From positions 5,856 to 69,855 of the forward strand of contig JACIYN010000070.1 in the NCBI GenBank assembly GCA_014359885.1: a stretch of 64,000 bases of DNA. The letters run 5' to 3'. A model generated the notes under the pieces. The model had not been told where the DNA came from and searched no databases. It worked only from the letters and a program-made list of their open reading frames with translations. A program made the translations under genes and the position numbers. This DNA comes from Desulfacinum sp. GTDB taxonomy: Bacteria; Desulfobacterota; Syntrophobacteria; Syntrophobacterales; DSM-9756. Below are positions 54,577-64,000 of this stretch, one piece after another (within the stretch, counting starts at the first letter, position 1; every line of letters starts with the position of its first letter).

Positions 54577-56968
54577 GGGTCTTTCCTTTGCCGGTTTGCC
54601 CGGGCTGGCCGGGGTATTCGATGCGCTTGTGATGCACTGTGGCCAGGATCTGGTTGAAGTGCTTGGCGATCTGGTGCAGGTCCTTGAGGGTGAGTTCGCA
54701 TTCATCCAGCTGGCCGTCGATGAAGGCGTTGTTGATCAACCGGTTCACCAGGCCTTGGATCCGTGCCGCGGTGGGTTCCGTCAGGGACCGGCAGGCGGCC
54801 TCCACCACGTCCGCCAGCATCACCAGGCCCGCTTCCTTGGTCTGAGGCTTGGGGCCGGGGTAGCGGTAGTCCTCGATATCGATGGGGGGCAGCTCGGCAC
54901 CCTTGGTGTTCTGCGCCTTTTCGCGGGCGTCCAGAGCCTTTTGGTAGAAATAGGAAATGAGGCTCTTTCCGTGGTGCTGGCTGATGATCTCCATGATGGG
55001 CCGGCCGAGCCGATGTTTCTTGGCCAGTTCCACGCCTTCCTTGACGTGGGAGATGAGGATGAGGCTGCTCATGGACGGGGCCAGTTTTTCGTGGCGATTC
55101 TCTCCATCCAGCTGGTTTTCGATGAAATAGAGCGGTTTCTTGATCTTGCCGATGTCGTGGTAATAGCCCGCCACCTTGGCCAGGAGGCTGTTGGCGCCGA
55201 TGGACTTGGCGGCCGCTTCCACCATGTTCCCGACGATCAGGCTGTGATGGTAGGTGCCGGGGGCCTGAATCATCAGCTCCTGCAAAAGGGGCTGATCCAT
55301 GCTGGCCAGTTCCAGAAGCCGAATGTCGGTGGTGTAGCCGCACAAGAGCTCCGCCAGCGGCGTGAAGCCGGTGGCCAGCACACCGGCGATGATGCCGCTG
55401 AGGAAGGCCAGGAAGGAATTGGTGAAGAGCGCGGGCGTGGACGGGCTTTCCTGGAAAAGGGCGATGAGGATGAGCACCGTCACGTTGGCCAGCCCGGTGA
55501 GCAGGCCGGCCTTGATGGGCACCAGGCGGTTCCGACACGGGTTCACCCCGTAGCTTCCCACCAGGGAGCCGATCAGGGTGTAGGTGAAGATGTGAAAATC
55601 CGTACCGCACAAGAGCCCCACGAACACGGCCAGCGCAAAGGAAAAGAAGACGGCGGTGGTGATCCCGAAAAAGATGCTCGACAGCATGGCTCCGGCGGCC
55701 ATGGGCAGGGCGTAAAGAAGGCTCCGCTTGTCCAGATAGGCCAGGCTGGATCCCATGGAGGCGTTGATCCAATCGGCGCACCTGCCCAGGGCCACGATGA
55801 TGAGCAGGATGGTCGCCAGAAACATGTAATCTTTCACGTCCAGCCGGACGGACGGCACCCTGGCATCCACCACATGCCCCACCACCCCCAGGAAAAGGCA
55901 CGAAAACAAGAGGATTCCGACGAAGGCCAGGACGCCGTCCTGCTTGGGACTGCTGTCTGCGTAGGCCTGGAGCCTCCTCACGTCCTCGGGGCGCAGCCGT
56001 TGCCCTTCGCGGATGAGCATCTCGTTCTTCTTGATCTGGATGTACACCGGCTTGACCGCTTCCGTGGCGGCGTCCTCAAAGGCCGCCGTCTCCAGCGGGT
56101 TGTAAAACAGGGTGGGCTCCAGGAAAGATGCTGCCAGGGACGCCAGGGACCGGGCCAGCTCCGGATCGGGTTCTTCCTTGCGGATTCGCTGGACCAGATC
56201 CCGCCGCGCTCCCTCCACATCCGGGAACCGCTCCATGGAGGCGACGCGGAACTCTTGCAGGGAAGGGATCTTGCGAATGACGATGGGACCTGTCTTCAGC
56301 TTGAACCGTCTTTCCGCCTCCACCTCGGGAGGGGCCTGGCTGGCGAGGATCCCCTGGGCGAGGGATTCCCGAATCCAACGCAAAAGGTTCTTCTCCAGCT
56401 CCGGTGAAAAGCGGTGCTCGGCCAATAGGGAAAAGTCCTCATCGCGCACGGAAACCCCAAGGGTCGTCTGAAAGGTCTGCCTGTCCGGAACGGCCGGAGG
56501 CTTTCCTGATCCGGCCGAAGGGATCCGGCCTTGGGAGTGCAGTTCTTCCCACCGGTCCGGGGCCAGCCCCATGGTGAGGGCCCTTTGCGCCTCGTGGATC
56601 TGCCGGCGCATGAGCGCGAAGGCTTTGGAAAGCCGCACCGATACCGTCTCGTAGGCCTTTTCATGTAGATCGAAGACCAGCGGCGCCCCTCGCCTGGCGG
56701 CTTCTCTCTTGCGGGCTGTGGCTTCCTCGTCCGGAAGGAGAAAGTCCCGGTCCGCCTTGACGTTGCGGACCGCCACGTCCCCCGGCTGGTAGGCGGGCGT
56801 GCGGGTGAGAAAGGAGGGGGTGATGAGAAGGGCGGCGAGGAAAGAAAAGGCGATGAGCAGGAGGACTTTCGCATGATGCGGGTCCGCCCCCCACCTGCGC
56901 GGAGGCTTGGGCGTTTCCAAGCCCTCCGGCTTCCGTCGTCGCGCTTCCGGTTTCTTTTCTTTTTCCAT
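54473..56968 (-). CDS. 7TM-HD (HDIG) phosphohydrolase, PgpH-like
   Basis: Extracellular domain, 7 TM helices, APGTYHHS, YHDIGK, YPGPKPQTKE. Confidence 0.92.
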   Translation of the reverse strand: MEKEKKPEARRRKPEGLETPKPPRRWGADPHHAKVLLLIAFSFLAALLITPSFLTRTPAYQPGDVAVRNVKADRDFLLPDEEATARKREAARRGAPLVFDLHEKAYETVSVRLSKAFALMRRQIHEAQRALTMGLAPDRWEELHSQGRIPSAGSGKPPAVPDRQTFQTTLGVSVRDEDFSLLAEHRFSPELEKNLLRWIRESLAQGILASQAPPEVEAERRFKLKTGPIVIRKIPSLQEFRVASMERFPDVEGARRDLVQRIRKEEPDPELARSLASLAASFLEPTLFYNPLETAAFEDAATEAVKPVYIQIKKNEMLIREGQRLRPEDVRRLQAYADSSPKQDGVLAFVGILLFSCLFLGVVGHVVDARVPSVRLDVKDYMFLATILLIIVALGRCADWINASMGSSLAYLDKRSLLYALPMAAGAMLSSIFFGITTAVFFSFALAVFVGLLCGTDFHIFTYTLIGSLVGSYGVNPCRNRLVPIKAGLLTGLANVTVLILIALFQESPSTPALFTNSFLAFLSGIIAGVLATGFTPLAELLCGYTTDIRLLELASMDQPLLQELMIQAPGTYHHSLIVGNMVEAAAKSIGANSLLAKVAGYYHDIGKIKKPLYFIENQLDGENRHEKLAPSMSSLILISHVKEGVELAKKHRLGRPIMEIISQHHGKSLISYFYQKALDAREKAQNTKGAELPPIDIEDYRYPGPKPQTKEAGLVMLADVVEAACRSLTEPTAARIQGLVNRLINNAFIDGQLDECELTLKDLHQIAKHFNQILATVHHKRIEYPGQPGQTGKGKTHGGDSNQRESKPDKDKPAANGTGGRADLKRLGLQ

Positions 56969-56988
56969 GGTCCCTCGGCTCCGGTCTT

Positions 56989-57987
<999 letters not shown>

Positions 57988-58183
57988 CAGGCGGTCTTCC
58001 TTTCTTTGTGGACTTGGGAAACGATGCCCCCATGCCGAAGCAAGCCACAGATAACACTCCCCGAGGCGTCTGACAATAGGCACGGCTTGCAGGCAAGGCA
58101 AAGCCGTTGATCGCCGACGGCAAAATACTCTATGGTGGCGGGAGCCGGGAAGGCGAGTTTCTGTTTGAGAAAGGAACGGGCGG

Positions 58184-58717
58184 ATGAACGGCTTGGACTG
58201 GGTGCTGACGATCATCGGGATCTTGTGCGTGATGCGCGGTTTGTGGCGCGGCGCCGTGTCCCAGGTGTTCGGGATTGTGGGGGTTTTGGGAGGCTTTTAC
58301 CTTGCCGGCTATTATTGCGGGGCCGTGGGCGCAAAGATCGCCCAGGCCGTTCCATCCCTTCCCCAGCCGGTGATGGTGGCTTTCGTGCTGTTGTTCGTCC
58401 TCACCTGGATCGTCCTGGGGCTGACCGGGGCCTGGTTGTCGCGCCTGGTGCAGCAGGGCCCCGCCGGGTGGGTGGACCGGGTTTTCGGGGGAGCTCTGGG
58501 GCTTGCCAAAGGCTTGGTGGCGGCTGTTTTGATCGTCTCCTTCCTGACCTTCTTTCTCCCTTACGAAAGCCCCCTTCTCAGGGAATCCCGGCTGGCTCCT
58601 TACGTTCAGCAGGCCGCCCGGCTGGCCGTGAAGGCCACGCCCAAAAGCCTGGAAGAGAAGTTCGAGCTGAAACGCAAAAAGCTCTACAAATACTGGGCGG
58701 ACAGACGGGAAGCGTGA
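58184..58717 (+). CDS. cvpA: CvpA family (colicin V production) membrane protein
   Basis: MNGLDW...GLWRG...DRVFGGALG...ESRLAP. Confidence 0.88.
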   Translation: MNGLDWVLTIIGILCVMRGLWRGAVSQVFGIVGVLGGFYLAGYYCGAVGAKIAQAVPSLPQPVMVAFVLLFVLTWIVLGLTGAWLSRLVQQGPAGWVDRVFGGALGLAKGLVAAVLIVSFLTFFLPYESPLLRESRLAPYVQQAARLAVKATPKSLEEKFELKRKKLYKYWADRREA

Positions 58718-58722
58718 AAGGA

Positions 58723-59466
58723 ATGAAACCATCCATGGAAGACGTACAGATGTCGGAGGACAAGTCCTCCCAGAGCGCGAATCGCTGGGACGGCGTTCGT
58801 CGCATCTGGGAGATCATCGATCGACTGCGGGGAGAAAACGGGTGCCCCTGGGATCGGAAGCAGACTCCGGAGACGGTCCAGACCTATCTGCTGGAGGAGG
58901 CTCACGAAGCGGCCGCCGCCATCCGTTCCGGCACCAAGGAAGATGTGGCGGAGGAGCTGGGGGACCTGCTGTTCATGGTTCTTTTCCTCGTGCACCTCTA
59001 CGAAGAAGAGGAATCATTTTCGCTGGAAGACGTTTGCCGGGCCATCTGCGAAAAGATGATCCGTAGACACCCCCACGTGTTCGGGGATGTGCGGGTCAAG
59101 TCGGCCAAAGACGTGCGTTCCAACTGGGAAAAGATCAAGGAGAGGGAAAAGGGGGGAAAGCGCCGGGGGCTGGGCATTCCAAAAACATTGCCGGCGCTGG
59201 CCCGAGCCTACCGAATCCGGGCCCGTCAGGAAGACGGAGGGACGGTTTCCGCCTCGCTGGAAGACGCCGTGCAAGGGATCCGTGCATGCGTAAACGGCCT
59301 GGGGCGAACGGATTTGCGTGATCCCGACCAAGGCCGGGCGTTGCTGGGAACCCTGCTCTACCGCACCGTGTGCCTGGCCCGGGCGCTGGGACAGCGACCG
59401 GAAGACAGCCTGCACGCCTATTTGGATGCCCTGGAATCCTCCATGGCGGCGGGCCCGGATTCCTGA
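58723..59466 (+). CDS. mazG: MazG nucleoside triphosphate pyrophosphohydrolase (second domain degenerate)
   Basis: LRGENGCPWDRKQT, EELGDLL, KMIRRHPHVF. Confidence 0.88.
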   Translation: MKPSMEDVQMSEDKSSQSANRWDGVRRIWEIIDRLRGENGCPWDRKQTPETVQTYLLEEAHEAAAAIRSGTKEDVAEELGDLLFMVLFLVHLYEEEESFSLEDVCRAICEKMIRRHPHVFGDVRVKSAKDVRSNWEKIKEREKGGKRRGLGIPKTLPALARAYRIRARQEDGGTVSASLEDAVQGIRACVNGLGRTDLRDPDQGRALLGTLLYRTVCLARALGQRPEDSLHAYLDALESSMAAGPDS

Positions 59467-60146
59467 ATCGAGACCCCTTTTCCGTACCAGGCCAGCCCGT
59501 CCAGAACGGCATGGCACGAACAGCTGGTGGCCAGGATGTGGGCGCCGGGATGGGCCTTGACGGCCCGAAGAATCTCCTGCATTTGATCCAATGTGTACCC
59601 CCCGACCCCGGGAGCCATCTGCCGGCTGCGCAGCACGTGGATTCGGTGGCCGGGGGCGCTGAGCCGGGCCAGGTGCTGGTGCAAAATGCCCTGCCTGGGC
59701 TTGCCGGTGAAGGTGCAGATCTTGTCGGGCTCCGGACAGTTGTCCGGGCAGCGGAAATCGGCGAAGCTGGCATAGAGGGTTCCCGTGGGGGTGCGCAGCG
59801 GGTGCGGGACGTGGTGATCCAGTTCCGCCGGGACGGGCAGGGGGTGGGCGGATCCGATCCTTTGGAGCCGACAAAGGATCCATTGCCAAGCCACATGAAC
59901 AGGGATCGCGGGGACGATCCACAGGTCCTTGGTCGGCTCGAGGCTTTCCAGGAAGGCCAAGGCGTCCTGTTGGACCTTTTCCACAGGGGGCGTTCCTTGG
60001 AAATTCTCCAGGCGGGCGGCGTCCCGATCCACGATGATCAGGGAAGCTCGGGGATAACGCACGGGAAGCCGCTTGGCGGCGAGGCGCCCGAAGCGCCCCG
60101 CGCCTAGAATGACGATGGTGTTCGGTTGGACGGGAGGAAATCCCAT
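59418..60146 (-). CDS. NAD-binding (TrkA-N-like Rossmann) domain protein with Cys-rich C-terminus
   Basis: ILGAGRFG, PAIPVH, CPDNCPEP...C, TSCSCH. Confidence 0.75.
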   Translation of the reverse strand: MGFPPVQPNTIVILGAGRFGRLAAKRLPVRYPRASLIIVDRDAARLENFQGTPPVEKVQQDALAFLESLEPTKDLWIVPAIPVHVAWQWILCRLQRIGSAHPLPVPAELDHHVPHPLRTPTGTLYASFADFRCPDNCPEPDKICTFTGKPRQGILHQHLARLSAPGHRIHVLRSRQMAPGVGGYTLDQMQEILRAVKAHPGAHILATSCSCHAVLDGLAWYGKGVSIQESGPAAMEDSRASK

Positions 60147-60546
60147 GAGCAACATCTTCACCGTTTTTGAGAAACTGGCCGAGCAGAAGATCCAGGAAGC
60201 CATGGCCCGGGGCGAGTTCGACAATCTTCCCGGCAAGGGTCAGCCGCTCCACCTGGAAGACGACAGCCACCTGCCTCCGGATCTGCGTATCGCCTACAAG
60301 ATCCTCAAGAACGCCGACTGTCTGCCCCCGGAGCTTCAGCTGCGAAAGGACATCCAGACGACGGAAGAGCTCCTCGCGGGCATAAAAGACACACAGCAGA
60401 AATACCGTCAAATGAAAAAGCTGAATTACCTCATCATGAAGCTCAACATGATGCGCCGGGTGTCGCCTTTGCTGGAAGAGCACCAGAGGTACTACCCCAA
60501 GGTGTTGGAGAAGATCTCCGGCGGGGACAAGAAGACGGAAGAATGA
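60145..60546 (+). CDS. DUF1992 (DnaJ-related) protein
   Basis: AEQKIQEAMARGEFDNLPGKGQPL, AYKILKNA..LPPE; RBS GGGAGG. Confidence 0.88.
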   Translation: MSNIFTVFEKLAEQKIQEAMARGEFDNLPGKGQPLHLEDDSHLPPDLRIAYKILKNADCLPPELQLRKDIQTTEELLAGIKDTQQKYRQMKKLNYLIMKLNMMRRVSPLLEEHQRYYPKVLEKISGGDKKTEE

Positions 60547-61739
60547 GGACGGAACGGCTTGATTTGGATGATTCCTGCCTTTTCGGCTGCGATCTTTTCC
60601 TGTCGGATCCGCCTTCCTGGCTTTTCACCAAACGAGTCGGCATCTTGGCCAACCAGGCGTCGGTTACTCGAACGCTGCAGAACGTGGTGGATGCCCTTGT
60701 GGAGGCGGGAGCGCGGGTGGCGGCCGTCTTTTCGCCCCAGCACGGGTTCCATGCGGAAAAGCAGGCGAACATGATCGAATCGGATCATGGGGTGTACCCG
60801 CGCACCGGCGTTCCCGTCTTCAGCCTGTACGGCGAGGTGCGCCGGCCGACTCCGGCCATGTTGGAACGCATCGACGTGCTTCTGATCGACCTTCAGGACG
60901 TGGGCACCCGCGTCTACACCTACGGCACCACTGTGGGACTGTGCGTGGAGGCGGCCGCCGACGCGGGAATTTCCGTGGTGGTCCTGGACCGTCCCAATCC
61001 CATGGGCGGGGCGTTTGTGGAAGGAAACCCGGTGCGCGAGGAGCTTCGGTCCTTCGTGGGACGCTATCCGATTCCCATGCGCCACGGCCTCACGCTGGGC
61101 GAGCTGGCCCTTTGGGTGGCCCGGTCCCTGGGAAGGCCGGAGCTGGTGGAAGTGGTGCCCGTTGCCGGGTGGCGCCGGGAGAAACTGTGGCCGGCCACAG
61201 GGCGGCCCTGGATCTTTCCGTCCCCCAACATGCCTTCTTGGGAAACCGCGCTGGTCTATCCCGGCATGGTGCTTCTGGAGGGGACTAATGTGAGTGAAGG
61301 GCGCGGGACCACCTTGCCGTTTCTGCTCTTCGGGGCCCCTTTCGTGGATCCGGAAAAGCTGGCGGCTCATCTGGATCCCCGGGCGCTCGACGGGGTGGTG
61401 CTCAGGCCGGTGAGCTTTGAACCCACCTTCGACAAATGGGCCGGAGAGCTTTGCCGGGGATTCCACCTGGTGGTGACCGATCCCGCTCGCTTCCGGCCCT
61501 ACCGCTTCGGTCTTGCGCTCCTCCGCTCGTTTCTCAAGGCTTATCCCGACCGGTTCCGATGGCTGCCGCCCCCGTATGAATACGAGTACGAGCATCTTCC
61601 CATCGATATCCTGATCGGAGATGCGGAGATCCGCAAGGCCTTGGAAGACGGAGAGGGGCTGGATCGGCTGGAAGCCCGGTGGGCGGAAGCACTGAAAAGA
61701 TACCTATCCTCCCGGGAGTCCGTCCTCCTCTATCCATGA
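60543..61739 (+). CDS. Exo-beta-N-acetylmuramidase NamZ (DUF1343) family
   Basis: FSPQHG, SLYG, DLQDVGTRVYT, LDRPNP, RHGLTLGE, PSPNMP, SEGRGTT. Confidence 0.9.
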   Translation: MRTERLDLDDSCLFGCDLFLSDPPSWLFTKRVGILANQASVTRTLQNVVDALVEAGARVAAVFSPQHGFHAEKQANMIESDHGVYPRTGVPVFSLYGEVRRPTPAMLERIDVLLIDLQDVGTRVYTYGTTVGLCVEAAADAGISVVVLDRPNPMGGAFVEGNPVREELRSFVGRYPIPMRHGLTLGELALWVARSLGRPELVEVVPVAGWRREKLWPATGRPWIFPSPNMPSWETALVYPGMVLLEGTNVSEGRGTTLPFLLFGAPFVDPEKLAAHLDPRALDGVVLRPVSFEPTFDKWAGELCRGFHLVVTDPARFRPYRFGLALLRSFLKAYPDRFRWLPPPYEYEYEHLPIDILIGDAEIRKALEDGEGLDRLEARWAEALKRYLSSRESVLLYP

Positions 61740-61796
61740 ACCCGCCGGGCACGGTCGTCGGCTCCTGTGGGCGGGGACCGGGTTTGCCCTCGGAGC

Positions 61797-63251
61797 TCAA
61801 TTCTCCAAGGTCAGCAAAACGGCCTCGGCCACTTCTCTCATGGACCGGCGCGTGTCCATGCTCTTTTTCTGGAGCCACCGATAGGCTTCTTCGCCGGACA
61901 GGTGCAGGCGATCCATGAGGAGGTCCTTGGCCCGCTCGATGATCTTGCGCTTTTCCAGTTCCTCCTGAATGACCCGGGTCTGGACCAATAGCTCGGTGTT
62001 CTCGATGGCCACGGCGGCCTGATTGGCCACGGCCGTCAGGACGTTCATCTCCAGGTCCGTAAAACGGTGTTCGAAGGACGTGTAGCAGTTGATGACGCCG
62101 ATGACCCGGTCCTTGACCCGCATGGGCATGCTCACCATGGATACCAGGCCCAGGTCCCGAGCCAGCTCCTTTTCCTTGTAGTAAGGATCCTTGAGAACAT
62201 CCACCGCCACGTAGGGTTTGTTGTCCACGACAACCTTGCCCACCACGCCTTCCCCCACCTTGAGGGTTCTGTCCTTGACGTATTCGGGATTGATGGCCTG
62301 GGTGGCCCGCAGACGCAACTCCTGGGACGGTTCATCCAGGAGCCAGAGGCTGCAGACGCTGGAATTCATCACTTCCGCGGTGACCATGACGATCAGACGG
62401 AGGATGTCTTCCAGGTAGTGTTCGGACGTGATGGCCTTGCTGATGAGGGTGAGGGCCTCCACGCTCTTGTCGGCGGCCGCAGAGTCCCCCGCAGGGGGCG
62501 CCGCCATGGGGCCTGAAGGGGGTTCCAGAAAGCGCAGGGGCGGCCTGCGCTTGTGGGCGGTGGCCTTCTGCAGGGCCTGGATCCTTTCTTGAACGCTCGG
62601 GTCCACTTTGCCGGTATGCCCCTGCAGGTAGGCGTCCAGTTGATCGTAAGTGAAGCCCAGCTCTCCTTCGTCCGTTTGCCCTTCCCAGAGCCCCGCCGAG
62701 GGGGGGCGATCGATGATCTCCCGGGGAAGGCCCAGGGCCTCGGCGAGCGTGCGGACTTCGCACTTGAGAAGATGGAGGAGGGGTTGCAGATCGGCGGCCC
62801 CGTCTGCGTGCTTGGTAAAATAGCCGATTTCCCATTCGCTTCGATTGCTGGTCCCCAGCACCAGGTAACGGAGCGACGCCGCCCGGTGATAGAGAGCCGC
62901 CATGCGAAGGCGGGCCTTGAGATTTCCGTAGAGCTTCGGATCGGCAGGCCCAAGGATACCCGCGAGGGCATCGAAGGCGGGGCTCAAATCGATTTCTTCG
63001 AAGGTCAGGCCTACATGCTGCACCACCCGGTGGGCATCGCGACGATCCGTCGGGCTGCTGTGGCAGGGGAGCAACAGGCCCAAAGCGTTTTCGCCGAGGG
63101 CCTTGTGGGCCAAGGCGGCGCACACGGCCGAATCGATGCCGCCGCTGATGCCGATCACGACCCCTCGGGCCCCGGCTTCTCGGACCCGGGCGGCGATCCA
63201 CTGCGAAAGGGTTGCGGCGTGATCCAGGGCATCTCGTTTGTTGGATATCAT
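61797..63251 (-). CDS. nadE: NH3-dependent NAD+ synthetase fused to GAF and ANTAR domains
   Basis: GISGGIDSAV, NLKARLRM, GYFTK, PSAGLWEGQTDE; then GAF; then LEKRKIIERAKDLLM...EAYRWLQKKSMDTRRSMREVAE. Confidence 0.88.
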   Translation of the reverse strand: MISNKRDALDHAATLSQWIAARVREAGARGVVIGISGGIDSAVCAALAHKALGENALGLLLPCHSSPTDRRDAHRVVQHVGLTFEEIDLSPAFDALAGILGPADPKLYGNLKARLRMAALYHRAASLRYLVLGTSNRSEWEIGYFTKHADGAADLQPLLHLLKCEVRTLAEALGLPREIIDRPPSAGLWEGQTDEGELGFTYDQLDAYLQGHTGKVDPSVQERIQALQKATAHKRRPPLRFLEPPSGPMAAPPAGDSAAADKSVEALTLISKAITSEHYLEDILRLIVMVTAEVMNSSVCSLWLLDEPSQELRLRATQAINPEYVKDRTLKVGEGVVGKVVVDNKPYVAVDVLKDPYYKEKELARDLGLVSMVSMPMRVKDRVIGVINCYTSFEHRFTDLEMNVLTAVANQAAVAIENTELLVQTRVIQEELEKRKIIERAKDLLMDRLHLSGEEAYRWLQKKSMDTRRSMREVAEAVLLTLEN

Positions 63252-63380
63252 GTTCTCTTTTCTTCCCGTTTGGCCGGGTCCCTGAACGGGCCTTGCGGGG
63301 AGCTCTTTGAGATATGCCCGGCTCGGCAGCGGCCGCCGGGCCCATGCGCGGCTTTCGCCACTCCCAATCCCGCTCATTGC

Positions 63381-63415
63381 CATTGGCGTTTATTTGCGGT
63401 TTTCTTTCATGTTAA
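63381..63415. repeat. Degenerate decamer-repeat element
   Basis: CATTGGCGTTTATTTGCGGTTTTCTTTCATGTTAA. Confidence 0.55.
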
Positions 63416-63421
63416 CGAAGA

Positions 63422-63516
63422 ATGAAACGCACCTTTGGCAAGCAGACCCCTGTAGGGGCGAATGATTATTCGCCCCTACAGGCCGTGCGCACGAACGGAA
63501 CGAGGCCGCGTTTCAT
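63422..63516. mobile_element. 95-bp MITE-like element with internal family A REP
   Basis: ATGAAACGC...CTGTAGGGGCGAATGATTATTCGCCCCTACAG...GCGTTTCAT; near-identical to 7381-7473. Confidence 0.72.
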
Positions 63517-63528
63517 ATTAACGTCCTG

Positions 63529-64000
63529 TCAGTGGAGAAGATGTCCGATCCTGTTCCACCTCACATAGCATTTTTCCGGGTCGAGAGTCAGTTCGCCATC
63601 GCTGTTCCAGGACCAGTAGATGATGAACGCTTTGCCTTTGAGTTCCGATTCGTCTACGAATTTCCAGAACCGACTGTCGTAGCTTTCATCCCGGTTGTCG
63701 CCCATCACAAAAAAGCTGTGGGAGGGAACGACAATGGGGCCCAGATTGTCGCGGGGACTCACGGAGCCGGGCAGAATGCGGGGGTCCGTGAACCGGGCAT
63801 AGGGCTCATGCAGCAGTTGTCCGTTGACGAAAACTTTCTTGTCCCGTATTTCTATCGTGTCTCCAGGTAGCCCTATCACTCTCTTGATGAAGTCTTTAGA
63901 TGGATCCTGGGGGTATTTGAAGACCACGATATCCCCCCTCCGGGGGTCGTCCCAATGGATCAGTTCCTTGTCCAGGATGGGAACTTTAATTCCGTAGCTG
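63529..64000 (-). CDS. lepB: Signal peptidase I, 5' end outside window
   Basis: RGDIVVFKYP, DFIKRVIGLPGD, FVMGDNRDESYDSRFW. Confidence 0.93.
   Translation of the reverse strand, partial: SYGIKVPILDKELIHWDDPRRGDIVVFKYPQDPSKDFIKRVIGLPGDTIEIRDKKVFVNGQLLHEPYARFTDPRILPGSVSPRDNLGPIVVPSHSFFVMGDNRDESYDSRFWKFVDESELKGKAFIIYWSWNSDGELTLDPEKCYVRWNRIGHLLH

Overview
GC-rich bacterial chromosomal window. Gene content suggests an anaerobic Desulfobacterota, probably Syntrophobacteraceae-like; this taxonomy is inferred. From left to right it holds: (1) a minus-strand iorAB / branched-chain-type ABC transporter / two phenylacetate-CoA-ligase-family operon, preceded by a complete classical Trp-codon attenuator (leader peptide ...RWFWWRR, alternative 1:2/2:3/3:4 stems); (2) lhgO, a radical SAM gene, a deacetylase and an RNA methyltransferase; (3) HMG-CoA lyase plus a two-component system, followed by a sigma-54 promoter for a PTS EIIA + ClC channel pair; (4) an ADP-forming acyl-CoA ligase and a small, partly decayed toxin-antitoxin island; (5) a ~16 kb cluster of three giant proteins plus a GAF protein; (6) housekeeping genes (cimA, tsaE, nnr, acpS, pdxJ, ybeY, 7TM-HD, phoH, cvpA, mazG, namZ, lepB) and an unusual NadE-GAF-ANTAR fusion. 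The giant-protein cluster is the best candidate for an undescribed system. It comprises a domain-permuted 2173-aa PFOR-like enzyme (delta-beta-gamma-alpha order), a 1669-aa mostly unknown protein with one RnfB/AcsC-type FeS motif, and a ~1220-aa NuoE-NuoF fusion with an NADP-type substitution. Intergenic regions contain several REP families, two MITE-like families and heptamer tandem repeats. No CRISPR array, tRNA or rRNA was seen.
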